NCBI RefSeq assembly: GCF_009914755.1
Contig: NC_060945.1
Length of the DNA stretch: 64,000 nucleotides
Source of the DNA: the human T2T-CHM13v2.0 reference genome, Homo sapiens
Strand: one strand, 5' to 3'
How positions within the stretch are numbered: the first letter of the stretch is position 1; every line of letters starts with the position of its first letter. The translations under genes and the position numbers were made by a program. The notes below the pieces were generated by a model. The model was not told the origin of the DNA, did no database searches, and saw nothing but the letters and a program-made list of their open reading frames with translations. This document shows, one piece after another, positions 42,305 to 53,737 of this stretch.

Positions 42305-42625
42305 TGTTTTAAACTTTACTGATGTGTAATATATATTTGGAAAAGTTTGCATGTTATCAGGAATATGTTTTCATAAATTAAGCTCTCTTTTCCAGCATAC
42401 AAATCAAGAGACGGAACATTACAAGGGCCCCCAAAGTTCCTTTGCTGTTCCTTTCCAGTACTTACCTCTCCTAGCTCTAGGGTTAGAAATTATCTTAACT
42501 TCTCACAGCATAAGATAGTTTTGCCTGTGTTTAAACTTTATACGGCAGGAATCACACTCTATCCTTTTTTTGCGTCTTATTTTACTCAACATTATGTTAA
42601 AAAATTTATCTGCATTGTGTTGTAA
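42305..42625 (-). mobile_element. L1ME 3' end fragment
   Basis: AAATCAAGAGACGGAACATTAC...AGCATAAGATAGTTTTGCCTGTGTTTAAACTTTATA...TACTCAACATTATG. Confidence 0.7.
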
Positions 42626-43183
42626 CTTGTCTACCCAGAGTTTAAAGTAAAATGCATAATTGTTTACAAGAGCAGAATTTTCTTTTTATAAAGACATGGA
42701 TTTGAATGTAAGTCAATAATAGAAAATATGAATATTGAGTTAAAATTAAGTAATTTTTTAAAAGTTTCTGAAAGCTGCTTACATTTCCTACTTTTCTTTC
42801 ATGTATATTTTACCACATGTCCACTTATACTCCCCAAATTTTCAACTGTAACAACCAAAATGTGTATTATTCAGTAGATATACCTATTACAAAAAAATCA
42901 AAGAAATAAATTTATGAAGATGAAACAGATAATTACATACATATATTTTACAGTTAATTTAATTATATTAAATGTGTAAAAGAATATAATTCTAAGACTT
43001 ATTAAACCCATCTTTGAAGGTTTTTGTGAAGGTTTGGTCACTTTCTGCATCAGTTATCACATGTGGCAACTCCATGTCTATCTTCATATTTTAGCCTGTG
43101 AGGAACCATTTGAAATTACATTTCTTTTTTTCTGTTCATTCTTACAGAAACATTTTGATGGAATTAACACATCATTTTCACAC

Positions 43184-43917
43184 TGAAACATCCAATGAGT
43201 TCACTTCGCCCACTGCCCAGATAAAGCTAATTTATCAAGCCAGGGGAATTGGAATAGAGAAAGAGTTTTACACACCTAGAGCTGGCTAAATTGGAGAACA
43301 GAGCTTTATTGTTACTCAAATCTGCCTCTCCCAAAATTTGGAGGCTAGGGTTTTTCATGAAAAGTTTTGTGGCAGGAGGCTAGGGAATTGGCGCTGCTTA
43401 TTGGTGGGAAAATGCAACCATAGGGGAGTGGAAAAGGGTCCTTGTGTGCTGATTCTACTTCTGGGTAGGGGCCACAGGGCTGGTTGAGTCAAAAGTTGTG
43501 GGTTTTAGATAGGGTTATCAGTCTTCAGAAATGCGAAAGCCTGAGAAGACATCTCAAAAGGCTAATCTTAGGTTCTACAATAGTGATGTTATCTGCAGGA
43601 GAAATTGAGAAAGTTGCCTAATCTTGTGACCTCCAGGAATAAGGTCTGGTAATTGTTTACATCTACTCCTTAGCAGAATTCAGGCTCTTCTCTAGACCTG
43701 GTGGACTTCCTTTCATTTTACAAAGATGGTTTAGTTTGGGGGAAAGGCTGTTATCATTTAAACTATAAACTAGACTTCTCCTAAAGTTAGCTTGGCCCAA
43801 GGTCAGGAATGACAAAGGGCTGTTTGGAGGTTAAAGGAAAGATGGGATTTGGTCTGATCAGATCAATTTCACTGTCATAATTTTCTCATTGTTATAATTT
43901 TTGCAAAGGCAATTTCA
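43184..43917 (-). mobile_element. LTR8A solo LTR (ERV1)
   Basis: Reverse complement begins TGAAATTGCCTTTGCAAAAATTATAACAATGAGAAAATTATGACAGTGAAA, the LTR8A 5' end. Length about 730 bp. Confidence 0.85.
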
Positions 43918-44199
43918 ATGTTCATAAATATAAAGATTGGTTTATTAATATGTACATGATGTTAATTATTATGTCTATAATTATTTCTTTAGCATATATG
44001 TGTCTGGTTCTTCACATAGTTTATTTTTTAAAATTAATTCAAAGATCTTAAGTGATGTGTTCTATGCTGATTATACAGAAGAGACTAGCCCTGCTACAGC
44101 TAAAGCAATAAATTTAGTCATAACCTGTTTCTGTTACCTGCCTACTTGGCTGCCTATGGGACATCCTGAACTAAGTATGGAAAAAAACAAAATTTTTAC

Positions 44200-44600
44200 C
44201 CATAAAAATATGGATATATTCTAAAAATGTAGAACCCTGAAAATGGTAACCACATGGATATATATGTTTATATAACCATATACATGTTATTTTCTTATTC
44301 ATCAAATCTCTTTAAAATATAATTAGTTGTTTTAATTAGCTGTTTTAAAAGCAATAATAGTAAGAATATAATGTGGAGTAAATAACATACATTGATACAT
44401 AAGTAAAATGTAAGATAATGAAGGCATAAAAAGGCCAGAAGAGAAGAAATTAAAGGACTTATTTTCTATGTGAAATGGTTTAGTGTCAATTAAAGGCAGA
44501 CCATGACAAGTTATAAGCATGTCATAAACCCTAAAACAAGCACTGAAATAACAAAATAAAGAGTTATAGCTAATAAAGCAAGAGAGAAACATATATTTAA
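44200..44600 (+). mobile_element. Old L1M inter-ORF fragment (appears to resume at about 46550-46850)
   Basis: AAAAGCAATAATAGTAAGAATATAATGTGG...AAACCCTAAAACAAGCACTG. Later AAAAGGCAGATTGTCAGATAGAATAAAAAAGACAAGACC resembles the ORF2 start region. Confidence 0.55.
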
Positions 44601-44702
44601 ATTTGTTCCTTTCTACTTATCCTAGTTTGTCTATCTCTGTCTTATCCACTCCTTTGTCTATCTCTGTCTAACAACCTCTAACCCAAAACTCTCCAAAGCT
44701 TT

Positions 44703-45338
44703 TGTCAGAGGCGGTCAAACCAGAGTGACTCCGTCTTGAATAGGGGCTGGGTAAAATAAGGCTGAGACCTATTAGGCTTCATTTCCAGGAGGTTAGCCAT
44801 TCTAAATCACAGGATGAAATAGAAGGTTGGCACAAGGTACAGATTACAAAGGCCTTGCTGATAAAAGGATGTGTTAAAAGAACTGGCAGAAACCCACCAA
44901 AACCAAGATGGCAACAATAGTGACCTCTGGTCATCCTCACTGCTCTTTATATGTCAATTATAATGCATTAACATGCTAAAGGACACTCCCACCAGTGCCA
45001 TTACAGTTTACAATGCCATGGCAACATCAAGAAGTTACCCTATATGTTCTAGAAAGGGGAGGATCCATCAATTCCAGGAATATTCCATCCTTTTCCCAGA
45101 AAACTCATGAATAATCCACCCTTTGTTTAGCATGTAATCAAGAAGTAATTATAAGTACAATCAGTGGAGCAGCCCATGTCACTGTTCTGCCTATGGAGTA
45201 GCCATTCTTTTGTTTCTTTACTTTCTTAATGAACTTGCTTTCACATTAGTCTATGGACTTGCCCTGAATTCTTTCTTTCTTGCACGAGGTTCAAGAAACC
45301 TCTCCTGGGGTCTAGATAGGGACCCCTTTCCAGTAACA
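44703..45338 (+). mobile_element. MER41B solo LTR (ERV1), full length, both GAS motifs intact
   Basis: TGTCAGAGGCGGTCAAACCAGAGTGACTCCGTCTTGAATAGGGGCTGGGTAAAATAAGGCTGAGACC ... GGACCCCTTTCCAGTAACA. Confidence 0.93.
45072..45101. promoter_or_regulatory. Tandem GAS (STAT) motifs TTCCAGGAA and TTCCCAGAA in MER41B
   Basis: Two TTCN3GAA sites at 45072-45080 and 45093-45101, at the position where MER41B carries its tandem GAS. Activity is not shown by sequence. Confidence 0.6.
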
Positions 45339-45997
45339 CTCAATGAGCAGTGGCTCATTATATGCTAATTATAATACATTAACAGACATTCCCACCAGCA
45401 CCATGACAGTTTACAAATGCCATGGCAATGTTTGGAAGTCACCCTATGTAGTCTGAAGAGGAGAGGAGCCCTCAGTTCCAGGAAATCTCTGCCCCTTCCC
45501 CAGAAGACTCTTGTTTAACATATAATCAAGAAATAACTCTGCCTATGTAGTAGCCATTTTTTTGTTTCTTTACTTCTCTAATAAATTTGCTTTCACTTTA
45601 CTCTATGGACTTGCCCTGATTTCTTTCCTGAGTGAGGTCCAAGAACCGTCTCTTGGGGTCTGGATCAGTGAGACAGCCAATTATAAAGGGTTCCCAGAGA
45701 ACCTCTGACTGCTCTGCAAGCTAGTTGCAATGAACACTGGGGTGGAAGCTGGCCCCTCATCTTCCTGGGTGGAACCTGAGATTCAATTTGTGTGGTGGGA
45801 AACCTATATTAGCAGAACTCTCGCTCTGCTTGAGAGTCCCTGTTTCCTTTTTATTTTTCCTTTTTGCCCAAGAAATTCATTTTTCTCACCCTTCAAATTG
45901 CCTGCAAGCCTAATTTTTCATGGTCCTATGACAAGGATTCTGTCTTTAGCTAAACTAAGAAAAAGTCCTACAACATCTTGACCCCTTTCTGCTAGCA
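45339..45997 (+). mobile_element. Second, partial MER41 LTR (3' portion), interrupted by MER61
   Basis: Repeats the first LTR from about 44936 onward (GCTCATTATATGCTAATTATAAT...GGGGTCTGGATCAG). The terminus GACCCCTTTCTGCTAGCA resumes at 45980-45997. Confidence 0.88.
45669..45975 (+). mobile_element. MER61-like LTR nested in MER41
   Basis: TGAGACAGCC...CCCAGAGAACCTC...TTTAGCTAAACTAAGAAAAAGTCCTACAACA, with TG...CA termini. Confidence 0.75.
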
Positions 45998-46051
45998 CTG
46001 TCAGCTAGGTTTTTAATATGTGAAACTTATTTTAAGTTTCAAAGTCGGGGC

Positions 46052-46520
46052 TGAAGGAAATTAAAATATTTTACCTCAAAATATATTTCTTTGACATATT
46101 TAAAAACGGTTTACATTTGGCTACCAGACAGAAGTAGCCTTATCTTAAGTGGGGAACATTTGCATCTGTAGAGAATCTCTGTTAAGACAGCCATGCCACC
46201 TCCACTTTCTATACCTTTCTCCAATCCAAGAGCAATTGAGAGTCTGCCAGTTTTAAAAGGCTGAAAAGAAACACTGACCATCTATTCTTTCTAAGCAAGT
46301 CTTTATTCACATAACAAAGCTGCCTACAAAGGCCGTAACAAAGTTGCTAGCTAAGCTTCTTCTCCCCTTTCCAAAACATGTTTTATCAGAGCCTAAACCC
46401 TCATTCTTTCTGTAATCTCAATATGATTATAAATTTCTGTAACAGTAGGAAGTTGAGTGTTCATTCTGAAGGCTCCCGTGTATGCACGTTAAATACATTT
46501 GTATGCTTTTTCTCCTACTA
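46052..46520 (+). mobile_element. ERV1 LTR (LTR49/MER34-group), 3' incomplete
   Basis: TGAAGGAAATTAAAATATTTTACCTCAAAATATATTTCTTTGACATATTT...TTAAATACATTTGTATGCTTTTTCTCCT. Confidence 0.65.
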
Positions 46521-47315
46521 AAAATAAATAAACAAATAAATGAATAAAATAGAAATAATTGATTCAAGTAAGATTTTTTTAATGAGGAAAACTGGAAGAA
46601 ATGCCAGATAGTACCAATTTTTAAAATAGAAAGATGACAGAATTAAACTAACCATATCATAAAGAGTATAAATATCTCACTTAAAAGGCAGATTGTCAGA
46701 TAGAATAAAAAAGACAAGACCAAATCACATGTTGCTAAAAGAAAAGGGCTTGAAATATAAATAAATAAATGTTTTATAATGAAGAAAGAAAAACTACACC
46801 TTAGGAAGTATACACTAATTAAACATGAAATAACTATATAAAATTATAAATTATCTCAAATTCAAATTTATCTAGATGTTCCTTTTTCGTTTTTATTATT
46901 TTTATAATCTAGGATCACAAATTTTAAGAATCTAAAATTTTCTACAATGATAAAGAGGAAAACAATTGGAATTCCACATGTACAATTTGATAACACTCAC
47001 CAAGTATTTATTGAACTGTCACATCATTGGTTAATATAAGGCTTTTAGGAAAAAAGCAAGGCAGTAAGGTATTTTTGTAACTTAACTTTCAGGCTGTTTA
47101 CAATTAAAGTTAGTGTACAAATAAAGACACCAATACATATCAATTTCTTCTTAATTTTCAATGACTTTGTCATTCTGAATAAGCTGTGGGCTAGGTACTA
47201 TGTGTTAAGTAAAACTAGGAAATTCATAAACAAATGCTTTTCTAAAGACAGACAGTGCTGTCAAATTGCTAGCAGATTAGTGAAGAGCCCCAGCAAGTTA
47301 GCGAGATTTCCAGTA

Positions 47316-47477
47316 GTGTGACTTTGGCTTGGCAGTAAAATAAAGATATGCTCAAATTGCTATAAAAACCCATGATCCCAAATTCAGAAAAGTGATAATG
47401 GGTTTCCAGATTGAGTGACATGTACAGTGAGTTCTAAAGAGTAAACGCCATGTAGAAAATCTTAACAGAGGAAAAGT
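47316..47477 (+). repeat. Copy 1 of a ~160-bp dispersed direct repeat (overlaps an antisense L2-like fragment)
   Basis: Aligns to 48516-48683. Confidence 0.9.
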
Positions 47478-47707
47478 GCACATTAGAGAGCGGGAAAGAT
47501 TTGTGCCAAAAACTAGATGTAAAATAAAGCAGACTTTGTGGGTCTAAGGAATGGGACATTGTTCAGTGTAAGCGGAACACAATCTGATAAATGAGGTGGC
47601 AGCATTCGCTGACCTGATCATGAAGTTTTTTGTGTGCCATAGTACTTTTTATGTCTTATCTTTATTTGCATTTTTTCTATTTTGAACTTCATTTAATCAT
47701 CTCAGTT

Positions 47708-47828
47708 TTTTGTTGTTGCTGTTTTTGTTGTTGTTGTTTTTGAGACAGAGTTTTGCTCTTGTTGCCCAGGCTGGAGTGTGCAATGGCGTGATCTTAGCTC
47801 ACTGCAACAACCATCTCCCGGGTTCAAG
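47708..47828 (-). mobile_element. 5'-truncated Alu (3' part of right arm) with (TTG)n tail and TSD
   Basis: TTTTGAGACAGAGTTTTGCTCTTGTTGCCCAGGCTGGAG...GGGTTCAAG. Flanks TTAATCATCTCAGTTTT and TTAATCTTCTCAGATTT. Confidence 0.92.
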
Positions 47829-47983
47829 TTAATCTTCTCAGATTTTAAAGGTGCCAGTGGAGAAAAGTATGGGTATATCATTCCAAATACGTTCTTCTTT
47901 CTTTTCCACTACTCACTGGGCAATCCTGACAGTCACTTAACCTATCTAAGGTTCTGATACTTTATCTGTTAAATGAACACATT

Positions 47984-48020
47984 AATATATATACACATAT
48001 ATATATATATATATATATAC
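47984..48020. repeat. (TA)n microsatellite
   Basis: Read directly from the sequence. Confidence 0.9.
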
Positions 48021-48515
48021 ATCTGCCAACAACACAGAAAAATCATTAATTGAAGCATGAGAAAGCACTCTAGAGAAAGCAAAATGATGCATAGGCTTAA
48101 ATGAGTATTAATATTACTGCTAAATGTTTTTATTAAATAATTATATATTTTTTGACAAACCAGAAATGTCAATTGGAATACATGAGACAAAAAGCAAGGA
48201 GCAAATTTTCAAATCTTTTAAAATGGTATGTCATATAGTATTTGTGTTTCCTAAATAGCTATCACAAACTTTTTATAAACGCTAAAGGGCATTTTAGGGT
48301 GGCTTATGTTATTTTAAATTGCCTGTTGTTAAGGTAACCGGTTCCTTGGGATTTCCAGTAGAAAGGATCTTTCCATATCACAGTCAGACTCTCCATTGGT
48401 GTAAGTCATATAACCACCTGCTACATTATAGGTCTGTTTATTGATTCTTTTCAAAAGAATTCCAAAGGGACAGTTATTGTTTAATGTTTAAATAGTTATT
48501 GTTTAATGTTAAATT

Positions 48516-48683
48516 GTGTGACTTTTGCTTGGCAGTAAAATATGCTTAGATTGCTGTAAAAACCCAGAATAAAGGCAATAATCCCAAATTGGGAAAGGCA
48601 ATAATGGATTTCCAGATTGAGTGACATATAAGGCGAGTTCTAAAGAATAAGAGTCATGTAGAAAATCTCAACAGAGGAAAAGT
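48516..48683 (+). repeat. Copy 2 of the ~160-bp dispersed direct repeat
   Basis: GTGTGACTTTTGCTTGGCAGTAAAAT...TTTCCAGATTGAGTGACAT...CATGTAGAAAATCTCAACAGAGGAAAAGT. Confidence 0.9.
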
Positions 48684-48994
48684 TATGAGATGATTTTTAA
48701 ATGGTTTTATTTTGTGTATAGGAAAATGAAGACATGACTATGATCACATAATAAATATCTTTTAAAACAAAGTTATTTTTGATGCAAATAGAAATAATAC
48801 AAAAGAGAACCTGGAAAAAGTAATGCTGTGATAGATGATAGTCACAAACTGTGCATAACTAGATTCATTTTAAAGTCAGGTAACCCAGTAGTAAATTACC
48901 AAGAAAGATAATTCCTGGCAATTATTTGGCAGGAATATTTGGAATCATAGACATATACTTTTCTCCACTGACACCTTTAAAATTTGAGGAAATT

Positions 48995-49300
48995 GGCGGG
49001 GTGTGGTGGCACATGCTTGTAATCCCAGCACTTTGGGAGGCCGAGGCGGGCAGATCACGAGGTCAAGAGATGGATACCATCCTGGCAAACATGGTGAAAA
49101 CCTATCTCTATTAAAAATACAAAAATTAGCTGGGAGTGGTGGGAGTGCCTATAGGCCCAGCTACTTGGGAGGCTGAAGCAGGAGAATCGCTTGACCTGGA
49201 AGGCGGAGGTTGCAGCAAGTGGATATTGTGCCACTGCACTCCAGCCTGGCAACAGAGCCAGACTCTGTCTCAAAAAAAAAAAATAAATAAATAAATAAAT
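48995..49300 (+). mobile_element. AluSc with (TAAA)n tail
   Basis: AGATCACGAGGTCAAGAGAT Sc diagnostic. Flanks AATTTGAGGAAATT and AAATTGAAGAAATT. Confidence 0.95.
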
Positions 49301-49714
49301 AAATTGAAGAAATTATATGACATCCAAAATAAGAAAAATACAAGTAAAGAGAAGCCATAAAAAGTACTATGGCACACAAAAAGCTTCATGATCTTGTCAC
49401 TGAATGATACAACTTCATTTGTCAGAATCGGTTCCACTTTTACATTGAACTATTCCCTACTCCTTAGGCCCACAAAATCTGCTTGATTTTACCTCCAGTT
49501 TTTGACACAATTCCTTCCTGCTCTCTGATATGCACTTGTTTTTTGTTAAGCAATAGACTCGGAAATTTGAGCTTTCAATAACCGGATGTATTTTTGAAGT
49601 TTTAGAAGAAATTAGTTTTTGGGTGGAAATTTGTAGGTAAATAACCACCTTCTCAGGGCAGTTTTAAAACAGTTTTTAAATTACTTGCAAGCAATTAAAA
49701 GGTGGGTTCTTGTT

Positions 49715-49935
49715 AAAAGGTGGGGTCTGTTTCCTGACCACTTGAATCTGGGAGGGCTTACACATGCCCTGATCAACAGAGTATAACAGAATTGGTATTT
49801 TGTGATTTCTGCGGTTAAAACATTCCACTTCCATCTGCTTTTCTTTGGTCACTGAACTTCAGAGTCCTGACCTGTTATATAATTAGTGTGACCACCATGA
49901 GGTCACCATGGTGTGATGAAGCACAGCCCCATTGG
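49715..49935 (+). mobile_element. MLT1 (F/G/H-like) LTR fragment
   Basis: GGTGGGGTCTGTTTCCTGACCACTTGAATCTGGG...GACCACCATGAGGTCACCATG. Confidence 0.6.
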
Positions 49936-50978
49936 ACTTTTTAAATTCACCATTTGTGTAATGATGTGGAAAACATATTAATGTGTAAATATTTGTAAAT
50001 TATCAGTAAACATATTTCCCACAAGAGTAATTAACCGTCATGAACATTAACAATGTTTTTACTGCAAGAAAAGTATATTTAAAAATCATAGGTGGTCCCT
50101 TCATCCTTATACAGAAGCCTACAGAGAGGCAGAAAAGAAAACATGAGGTTGGCTTTATGTGTAAATTTCAGATAGCTTTAACAGCTTATTCTCTGCCAAT
50201 TTATACTTCTTTTGTAAAAATGGATACAGCTCATTATGGATATTTTGAACAGAGTCCATGGCTTTGAGATCAAACTAAAGTCACACTGACAAAATAAAAT
50301 AAGCATGAATAGTCATAAGGCTAAAAAGGTGACTTCCTATCAATTAATTGAAGAAGAAATTCCATTTTGGTCTAATTTATATTTTGGCCACTTTTATTGG
50401 CTACTTAAGTAAAATAAAAGACTTGTTTTAATAATTGTAATGTGGAGGATGTTTTACAAACTTAATTTTTCCTTGTTCAAATAATATAAGTGAATATACA
50501 GTTTAACTCCAGTTCTAATAAATTCTCTTTGGCATGATTTTAAGTAAGTTCATCATCAATGAACTTATCATTAGGGTCTCATTGATGTCTTAGGGAAAGC
50601 ACATGCCATGGAAAATCCCCTGAGATTTTACAGTGATCATCTTTGCCTTTTAATCCTAAGCATCTATTGCTTTATCTGAGCCTGAGTTCTACATCAGTGT
50701 TGATGAAATGATTGGGTTAGAGCAAATTATCTTGAAAAGTCTTTTCCAGATCAGTAAAGTTATTCCAAGAATGGCTTCGCCTTTGATCTCTTTTGATCAG
50801 AACCATTTTTTGGAGAATATCTGATTCAAATGATTGATCCGATGATCACTACACTAAAAGTACACATTTTCTCTTTGATATTGTGCCTTTCAATATTACT
50901 AATCATATCATTTAATTTTGGTCTTTTATATTCAGAACAATATCTAAAAAATATTTATGAATGAGCCATCACTAACAA

Positions 50979-51703
50979 TTAAACCACCCAAAGGGTTCAT
51001 CTTGCCCACTGTTCAGATACAGCCAATTTATAAAGACAGGGGAATTGCAATAGAGAAAGAGTTTAATACAGGTAGAGCCAGCTAAATGGGAGACCAGAGT
51101 TTTGTTTTTACACAATTAAGCCTCCCTCAAAATTTGGAGGCTACAATTTTTCAAGGGTACTTTGGTGGACACGGGGCTAGGGAATGGGAGCTGCTGATTG
51201 GTTGGGGATACAATCACAGGTCTGTGCAACATGGTCCTGATTCGCTGAGTTGGCCTGTGTGTGCAGGCCACAGAGGAGTCACTGGTCCAGGTGGAGCAAT
51301 TTGGTCATCAGAAATGCAAAAGCCTGAAAAGGCATCTCAAAAGGGCAATCTTAGATTGTATAATAGTGATGTTATTTGCAGGAACAATTGGAGGAGTTAC
51401 AAATTTTGTGACCTCCAGAATAATGGCTGCTAATCATTCAACTATACTCTTAGCGGATTTCAGGACCCTCTCATCTTCCTAACCTGGTGGTCTTTCATAA
51501 TTAGTTTTACAAAAATGATTTAGTTTTGGAAAGGGTTATTATCATCTAAACTGTAAACTAAATATCTCCCAAAGTTAGTTTGACCTACACACAGGAATGA
51601 CCAAGGGCAGTTTGGAGGTTAAGGCAAGTTGGAGTTGGTTAGAACAGATCTGTTTCACTGTTATAATTTTCTCACTGTTATAATTTTTGCAAAGGTGGTT
51701 TCA
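50979..51703 (-). mobile_element. LTR8A solo LTR (second copy)
   Basis: Ends TTATAATTTTTGCAAAGGTGGTTTCA. Colinear with 43184-43917 but diverged. Confidence 0.87.
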
Positions 51704-53737
51704 GTAAGTCTGTGCAAATCAATGTTTTATGGTCAAAATGTCCAGCCACTTTAAGCACATTGACATACATCAGTGGCTTTCAGCTTTTTCCCCATTTTAA
51801 CTGAGCCAAACCAATTTTCTTATCAGCGTAGCAAAATGACCAGAGCATTTGTTATGCTATGTGGTTTAAAAAATGGTATGTTGGTTTCTTACTTAGCACA
51901 AGATATTATAAATAAGAATATTTTGTCTTGTTTTCCAAAAAAATAAATAAATCTCATTTGAGATTACAAAAATCAACGTATTTTTTAAAGCACTTAATAG
52001 ATATAGTTATTATTAATGGGAATAAGGTTCACAACACCCTATGGAAAACTGATTTACTCATATTCATGTGCTTACTCAAGAGGAAAAATAAATATATAAG
52101 CATTCAGTATGTGGCATTAATCCAAGAGAAGTAAAAAAATGCAGGCAAAAATAATTTAAGAAAATGAATTAAGATTTGTAATGACCTACATATTTTCTCT
52201 AGCTATCATTTCTGAATTTAGGTTTTCAATGAATAAAATAAATTTAAATGAAAATGGGATCCATGCCTCAATGTAGCTACTACATGATTCTTTAGGTGTA
52301 AATCCTATCTCCACAATCATCTTTGAATATTTGCCTTCACCATGCTTCACATTAATTAAAGGACTCACAAGCATTTAAAAGGTTGCTATTTTAATTCCTT
52401 CAACATGACCATTTGTCAAGGCTGGATTTTTTTTATTCAAAGATTCTCAATTTTCATTAATAGGAGTGGGGGTAGTAGATTACACTTAATAATACAGGGC
52501 AGCTGCTTAGAGTTTTCTTTACGTAGAGCAGCATAAGAAGATCACCAGTAATAACATGTATATTGCAGTGGGCTGCCACTAGCCCATTCCTAAGCTGTTT
52601 GATTACAAATCAGAAAGGTCACCTATATGAGCAGAAGTAACCTGCTGGGAGCCATAGCACATAGATATGCAGCGTGTGGGCTGAATCTCAGTCCCAAATT
52701 ACCCCCTTATTTGGGTCTTTTCTCTATAAATAATTTTTGTAACCTTTATCTATAAATAACTTTATAAATAAATTTTGTAAATAACTATAAATAAATTTTG
52801 TAACAAAATATTCCTTAGAATAACAATAGCTCAGCAATTTTCACAGAATAAGTTCAGAGGCTAGCTCTGCTATTTACTTACTTGGTAACTTAGCCTCCAC
52901 ACCTCTGAAATTCTGTAAAATATTACAAAGTTTCAGAATTGCAATAAAACTCAATGGTAACTTATAAGACAGATTCTAACTGGATATAAAGTTGTGCACA
53001 TATATTAGGAGTCATTAAATGGTATAGATTATTATTGTAACAGTTGTACAACTGTAATATAAAATTGAGAAAAATTACAACTTATTCAGTAAACTAAATA
53101 AAATTAAAATGAATTAGATACATAAGACTTTCCATCTTAAAGATATTAGAAGTTAGAATACTCTAATAACAATTAGAAAGAACTAGGAATTGAGAGCTGA
53201 GGTACATGTGATATTGTTTTTCTTCATTAACAAAAAACTGTTCATTACCAATCAACTACATGTATAATTATGTTTACTTATATTTAGGAAAACAAAAGCC
53301 AAAATGTACCTAAAAACTTGTAAGGACAAACTTTTTAAAAACAATATTTTTAAAAGAGTACTGAAATCAGTTTGATTTATTTTTATGTTTCTCCTTCATA
53401 TCACTAAAATAGTAGAACTGCTAACCTATTCTTACCACTTTACTCATACTCCACGCTGAAGTAAGTTTCGGTTTTTAATAATTCAGTAATTAAGACATGG
53501 AAACTTACATTTAAAATGCCAAAAAGCCAAGGAGGCTATATTCCTTATATGTGATTGCATATCATCAAAGATGACTAAGAATGCCTTCAAAATATTTTAC
53601 TCATGGCAAAGAGATGAAGATGTTGGGCTGAAATCTCCAAGCACTGGTTTCCTTGGTTATCATATGAGTGTTATACCTGAAAATGCAGTTCTTCATTCAT
53701 GCAAGATGCATCGTTTTACCAGGACGTCACCAGTCAA

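Noticed and set aside
43184-51703. Two same-orientation LTR8A copies about 7 kb apart, suggesting a provirus
   Set aside because: The interior has no gag/pol/env, PBS or PPT and contains older L1M, L2 and MLT1 fragments. The LTRs are well diverged and the outer flanks share no TSD. They are independent solo LTRs.
52722-52805. Short AT-rich repeats (TATAAATAA / TTTTGTAA) resembling a spaced array
   Set aside because: Degenerate low-complexity slippage with no constant repeat-spacer structure. Not CRISPR-like.
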